Below, in pieces: positions 20,166-25,211 of a DNA stretch of 25,211 nt. A model generated the notes under the pieces. That model saw only the letters and a list, made by a program, of their open reading frames with translations, did not search any database and was not told the DNA's origin. The position numbers were made by a program, and so were the translations under genes. The DNA is from Octopus sinensis (taxonomy: Eukaryota). Within the stretch, counting starts at the first letter, position 1. Each line of letters starts with the position of its first letter. The DNA lies in NCBI RefSeq assembly GCF_006345805.1, contig NW_021824827.1, positions 1-25,211 of the forward strand. Direction: 5' to 3'.

Positions 20166-20414
20166 ACTTTCTGTTGCTTCCTTTCTGCTTTTTATCACCA
20201 CATTCTCCCTCTTTGTTTCTCTCTCCTTTCTCTCTCACTTTCCCACTCGCTTACTCTTCACTTCTCTCGGACTCCCCCTTGCTTTTTCTTACTCTCTATC
20301 TTTTTCTATCTCTCTCCCATTTATAAACAACAAAAGATCTTGAGTAAGTTGAGAAATAAAATATTTTGAAATTTCAATCATAAATATCAGGCAGTGACAA
20401 CGGAAAGGTCTGCT

Positions 20415-20467
20415 TCAAGGCAGACAGCAAAACACTAACATTTTATAGGGACAGACGAACTTGCGAG
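20415..20467 (-). CDS. Candidate terminal exon (A)RKFVCPYKMLVFCCLP-stop
   Basis: Acceptor atgtttttattcag|; phase 1 matches exon A; C-x7-CC then TGA at 20417-20415. Confidence 0.38.
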
Positions 20468-20528
20468 CTGAATAAAAACATTGGAAACCAAAGTTTGAGG
20501 GGATAGAATCTGAGGATAGTAGAGTCAC

Positions 20529-20617
20529 CATGGCTGGCATTTCTTAACGACGGACAGCAACGTAGTGGCAGTTTAACGGCTGGCGTAAAACTTTGAACTT
20601 GATGTAAAAGAAAATTC
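20529..20617 (-). pseudogene. Degenerate tandem copy of exon A (pseudo-exon B)
   Basis: Aligns to 20666-20761 including both splice sites; 7-nt deletion, in-frame TAA and lost Cys codons. Confidence 0.45.
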
Positions 20618-20665
20618 CTAAACACCAAGTTTTGAAGTGATTTTTTCTCACGACAGTAGACTCAC

Positions 20666-20761
20666 CATAGCAAGCATTCAAAACTTCTTCATCATGGACG
20701 GCAACACATTGATGATTTAAAAGCTGGCACAAATTTTTTAGTTTGATGTAACAGAGAATTC
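20666..20761 (-). CDS. Candidate exon A of a small Cys-rich peptide: (G)ILCYIKLKNLCQLLNHQCVAVHDEEVLNACY
   Basis: tttag| acceptor (weak pyrimidine tract) and G|GTGAGT donor; 96 nt, open only in phase 1-1; 4 Cys. Confidence 0.42.
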
Positions 20762-20997
20762 CTAAATACCCGCTTCTGTAAATTTTAATCCCCTTCAAGC
20801 CCCATTTAGACCTCTTTTCACGTTTTGGTTAATATAACCCGATTTCATTCGGGTCTACTCGGGCCACATTTTATAAGATGATGAATTTTGTCCTAGAGGT
20901 CGCACCTTTCATTTGAGGAAAAAGATAGTTGTCATGCAAATTCGCCAGCACTTTTAACATAGGTGTGCATATTTTCAGCTCAACCAACCACATAATG

Positions 20998-21035
<38 letters not shown>

Positions 21036-21081
21036 TATATATATCTACGCATTAAATATATATATATGTACTTATATACGC

Positions 21082-21110
<29 letters not shown>

Positions 21111-21115
<5 letters not shown>

Positions 21116-21691
21116 GTAAAGTATAGAAACCATCTTATCATGGCTAACCACATTGGGGAGGGGTGTTACTGTAGCTTTATAGCCCCAAGAGATCTTCATC
21201 TCAAGCTGGCTTTAGACACAATATCAGTGTCCTTGGAGTATTTGCAAAGGGAGGCCATCCCTTCCTCGCAAGCCTGAGTGATACGCTCGAACTAGTTTCG
21301 GGATTGTTGTCCCTCGTCAACGGGCGGTAACCACCAGGTAGCGATGAAAGTGAAGGCTTCTTTGCAAATTATATATAAGTTTTTCTAATGGCGTCTGCCA
21401 CTGATGTCGAAAAACGAACAGTAAGCATAATTAAATCTCAGAATGAGATTGAAACAGTAATCGCTCGATAATGTAAAGTATAGAAGCCATCTTATCATGG
21501 CTAACCACATTGGGGAGGGGGTGTTACTGTAGCTTTATAGCCCCAAGAGATCTTCGTCTTAAGCTGGCTTTAGACACAATATCAGTGTCCTTGGAGTATT
21601 TGCAAAGGGAGGCCATCCCTTCCTCGCAAGCCTGAGTGATACGCTCGAACTAGTTTCGGGATTGTTGTCCCTCGTCAACGGGCGGTAACCA
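21111..21691 (-). mobile_element. 1.6-copy tandem repeat (357-358 bp period) with one hammerhead motif per copy; retrozyme-like or Penelope pseudo-LTR
   Basis: 21111-21333 and 21468-21691 differ by 3 substitutions and 1 indel; hammerhead motifs at 21284-21326 and 21642-21684. Confidence 0.65.
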
Positions 21692-21792
21692 TCTGATTCA
21701 TAATATTTGTAAATATCTGATTCATAATATTTGTTCTCATGATTTTATGGTGGTGGTGGCAATGATAATTCTCTTTATGAATGCAGACATAC

Positions 21793-21828
<36 letters not shown>

Positions 21829-21833
<5 letters not shown>

Positions 21834-22065
21834 CAGCGCTGGCGAAGGAAAGATAGTAGACGCTATCAAATGACGTTATAGAGAGAGTGAAAGGAAGGGA
21901 GGAGAGAGAGAGAGATGGAGGAATACAGGCAGACAATAGAATGCGATGGCGGCGAGGGAAAGATAATAGACGCTGTGAAACGACGTTATAGATAGAAAAT
22001 GATGGGAAGGGAGGAAAGAGAGTGAGTGATGGAGGAAGACAGATACATAAAAGAATGAGAGTAGA
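21829..22065 (+). repeat. Purine-rich imperfect dimer of about 115 bp following (GA)n
   Basis: gaaagata(g/a)tagacgct...gacgttataga occurs twice. Confidence 0.65.
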
Positions 22066-22389
22066 CTTGTCATAGTGCGTTTTTGGCCCTAGCAACGACA
22101 CCTTTATAACCTAGCCCACTCGCATCCTCACCTCATTTTACATGTCCCTGTAAATTTTGGAGTCAATCAGACGGGATCTAGTGGCCTTTAACCCATTCTC
22201 AATGCCAAAACCAGACAAATAAACAAACTTTTCGCATTTCAGAATTATAATATATATATATATATATATACCATTTAAATTTTATACATATATAAAATGT
22301 ATATAAATATATATATGTTATTTTTACAATTTGTATATATATTTATTTCATTATTTCTATATATTTAATCTTCTATAAACTCTCCCTAC

Positions 22390-23249
22390 ACTCTTAGGAG
22401 TACTTGTGTCTTCTTTTTTTTTTTGTGGGTGAGGAACTTAGTGATGGGCAGTTACTGGCGCTGTCTTTTCTTCTGTGTAAGGAGGTTTTTATAAACTTCT
22501 ATGGCTCCGTCGATTGCATTTCTGAACTGCAACGCACGAATCATCCGGGGGTCACAATCTTCCGCCATTTTCTGAAGTTCTTTTCCCGTTTTTGCTAGAG
22601 ATGTGAGGCGTTCTAGTGATAGGCCGCCCCTGGATCCTCTTGTTCTTCTTACCACCCGTTTCGCTATCTTCTTAAAAGTCACTTTTGCCGTCACCCTTAC
22701 ATATCTTTCATCCTTCTTGATGTAGCGAACGGTAGATTCATTGATGCCGTAATGGCGGACTACACCCGCAACCTTCATCCTTTCTTAAGCATGTCGAGGA
22801 GTCTCACCTTCTCTGCTATAGAAAGCATCTTCCTCTGGCACTTGGTTCACAGCCAGAAGCCTTAGAATGTGCAGAACGTTCAGGCGACATCGTAGGGCTT
22901 GAAATAAATTCACAATTCTACACAAAAATGCAAAACAACACCACAGACTCGCCTCCCGGGTTTGGTTTTCCATAAAGTATGTGCGATTCTTTGTTTACCC
23001 CTCTTCGGTACATTACGTATTTTCTTTTAATATATTTTAATTAATGTATTTTATTTATTAATGTTAAGTGTGAAGATGATTATTTTATCACAGAAACAGT
23101 TAGAAACTAAAAAAATATAAATACCTATCGGCCGCAGAAACCCTCGATATACTAGGAGTCCGCGATATAAATTTACATATACTAATCAGAAAAATCCGCG
23201 ATGTACTGGAGGCGCGATAGGTGAACAGCGACATAGTGAGTGATTACTA
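22390..23249 (-). pseudogene. Internally deleted Tigger/pogo transposon; transposase relic from ATG at 22890
   Basis: N-terminal HTH-like RKMLSIAEKVRLLDMLK..VVRHYGINESTVRYIKKDE fused to C-terminal LQFRNAIDGAIEVYKNLLTQKKRQRQ*LPIT; frameshifts; Tigger-like terminus near 23249. Confidence 0.8.
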
Positions 23250-23251
23250 TG

Positions 23252-23456
23252 CACATACATACATACATACATACATACATACACACACACACATAGATAC
23301 ATGCATACATACATACATACATACATACATACATGCATGTATGCATGCATACATACATACATACATACATACATACATACATACATACATACATACAGAG
23401 ATACATACATACATACATACATACATACATACATACATACATACATACATACATAC
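23252..23456 (+). repeat. (ACAT)n tetranucleotide array
   Basis: Seen directly. Confidence 0.97.
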
Positions 23457-23636
23457 CCTGTTGTTGATGAGGAAATTCCAAAGAAGGAACCTTGGATCTA
23501 GGTTAGAAACCGGTTCTTTCTCTATGAGCAAGAAATCTTGAAATAAACTGAATAATGACATGCATACATACAAAAATATTCTGTTGTTGAAATTCTAATG
23601 AGGAGGCCTTGGATCTAGCTTAGAAATGGCTCTTTT

Positions 23637-24025
23637 AGGAATGGTCGTGTGTCGCTTGAAGACCGACCTCGTTCGACCTCCCACACGAATGAAAACATCC
23701 CGAAAATTCATGAACAGAACCCGGAGGACCCTCATCGAACAACTGACGAACTTGTTGACATGATTGGTGTGTCCTGGAGTTTCTGCCAACGAAGTTTGAG
23801 CGAAGAGTTGCGAATGAAAAGAGTTGGGGCAATATTTGTGCCTCGCTTGCTTACGGGAGATCAAGAAGCAGTCACATCTGAATGAGGGATCCCTCTTGCT
23901 CACTCTCCCTTTCTTCTTGTTCCTGTTCCCTGCGACTTTATTTTTGTTCCCCCCAAACGAAAAATATCCTAAAAGGAAAACGTTTTGCAGATGTGGAAGA
24001 AGTGAAGAAAAAACGTTTTTGGTTC
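23637..24025 (+). pseudogene. Internally deleted mariner transposase relic
   Basis: SLEDRPRSTS...RTTDELVDMIGVSWSFCQRSLSEELRMKRVGAIFVPRLLT, then degenerate CDF-LFP and KGKRFADVEEVKK motifs. Confidence 0.8.
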
Positions 24026-24094
24026 CACACATGTACCGGGGGTTAATAATTGTTTTTGTTTAATAATTACAGATATTTATAATAATAATAATGA

Positions 24095-24700
24095 TGCAGT
24101 ACCAGGCAGTGGCTCTCATGGCTTCTGATCTTAACTGATTGGAAGTGTTATCATGTGCATTGTTTTGTCTTGGTATAAAAGATGGGCTACAGCAAATATT
24201 CTGCTCAATACCACAGATTTGCTTGTCAGTTGTTTGACCTTAACTACTTGAGCATGTCCCTTAGTGGCTGACGATATGTGCATCTCTGATCACGAGCAGA
24301 AGTAGTGGGGGAGCATCATAACCGTGTGTTGAAAGGAATTCTTTGGGGTTTGAATAATTCACCTCTGGAAACATGGGTGGTTCTTTCAACATCCTTAAAC
24401 AACCCTTATTCAGGGACCTTTTGAGCGGGATGGGCTACTCAACCTGAAGAAAATTCTAACTGGGCCCCACCTGCAAGGTCATGCGCTGTTTATCTTGATA
24501 TGAGATCACCATGTCGCGCACATATGGTTGTGATGCATGTGCCTGGTGTACCCTTATCAGACGGGTAGTCATGATGGGTATATTGGGCTTCGTATATTTA
24601 ACTCCAGTGTCACTTTGATGGCATGCACTGCTCTCTCACTCAATAATAATAATAATAATAAATAATAATAATAATAATTATAATAATTATAATAATAAAT
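24095..24700 (+). mobile_element. Non-LTR retroelement 3' region ending in an (AAT)n tail
   Basis: Its last about 190 bp match 11756-11945 in reverse complement; both copies end in AAT repeats and differ in 5' truncation. Confidence 0.7.
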
Positions 24701-24729
24701 AATGTAATAATAATGATGATGAGATGATG

Positions 24730-24781
<52 letters not shown>

Positions 24782-24879
24782 AATAATAAAATAATAATAA
24801 TAATAATAATAATATAATTATAATAATAATAATAATAATAATAAAATAATAGTAATAATAATAATAATAATAATGATGG

Positions 24880-24910
<31 letters not shown>

Positions 24911-24926
24911 AATAATAATAATAATG

Positions 24927-24990
<64 letters not shown>

Positions 24991-25211
24991 GAAGAAGAAG
25001 AAGAAGAAGAAGGCTTGTTGATGGTGAAACGTTAATGAGTTTGTGGGTTGATGAGGTTAGCAGAATAGTAATAAATAATTGCACCATTAAGACCACCAGC
25101 ACCGCCCCACCACCGCCGACACAACCACCAGCACCGCCACCACCACTACCACCACTACCAATACCACCATCACCACCACCACCACTACCAAAACCGCCAT
25201 TACCAATACCA
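24643..25211 (+). repeat. Compound (AAT)n/(GAT)n/(GAA)n array followed by degenerate (CAC)n
   Basis: Seen directly. Confidence 0.95.

Noticed and set aside
21692-21740. 24-bp direct duplication atctgattcataatatttgt at the edge of the hammerhead repeat
   Set aside because: Both copies lie on the same side of the element, so it is not a target-site duplication; likely slippage.
23466-23630. Two + strand hammerhead-like segments (AACCT/AGGTT stem, GAAACCGGTT)
   Set aside because: The CUGANGA strand is corrupted (CCAAAGA, CTAATGA); at best dead Penelope-type ends.
24818-25102. Hydrophobic ORF MLVVLMVQLFITILL as a signal-peptide exon for the 20.4-20.8 kb unit
   Set aside because: No donor site follows; it runs into poly-Leu/Ile microsatellite translation.

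Overview
AT-rich, microsatellite- and transposon-dense eukaryotic genomic DNA. It is most likely from Octopus or another coleoid cephalopod; this is inferred from the SINE families and repeat landscape as I recognise them, not from a database search. The only well-supported host gene is a 5-exon minus-strand gene (CDS 13726-13666, 10434-10297, 7868-7488, 6641-6484, 6420-6394; 254 aa). It encodes a secreted protein: signal peptide, Cys-rich domain, (PEPTTT)n mucin-like stalk and a beta-defensin-like 6-Cys C-terminal domain. A possible second small Cys-rich peptide unit with a duplicated exon lies at 20415-20761. The rest is tRNA-derived SINEs (several as head-to-tail concatemers with a fixed junction), LINE 3' ends (Tx1-like, RTE-like), Tc1/mariner/Tigger relics, palindromic MITEs and long simple repeats. 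The most unusual signal is a set of minimal type I hammerhead-ribozyme motifs, all on the minus strand. Two near-complete ones and two broken ones sit in intron 1 of the gene, and a pair spaced 358 nt apart in a tandem repeat at 21111-21691 looks like a retrozyme or Penelope pseudo-LTR. Nearly all ORFs in the supplied track are microsatellite or SINE artefacts. All structures were read by eye and boundaries of degenerate repeats are approximate.
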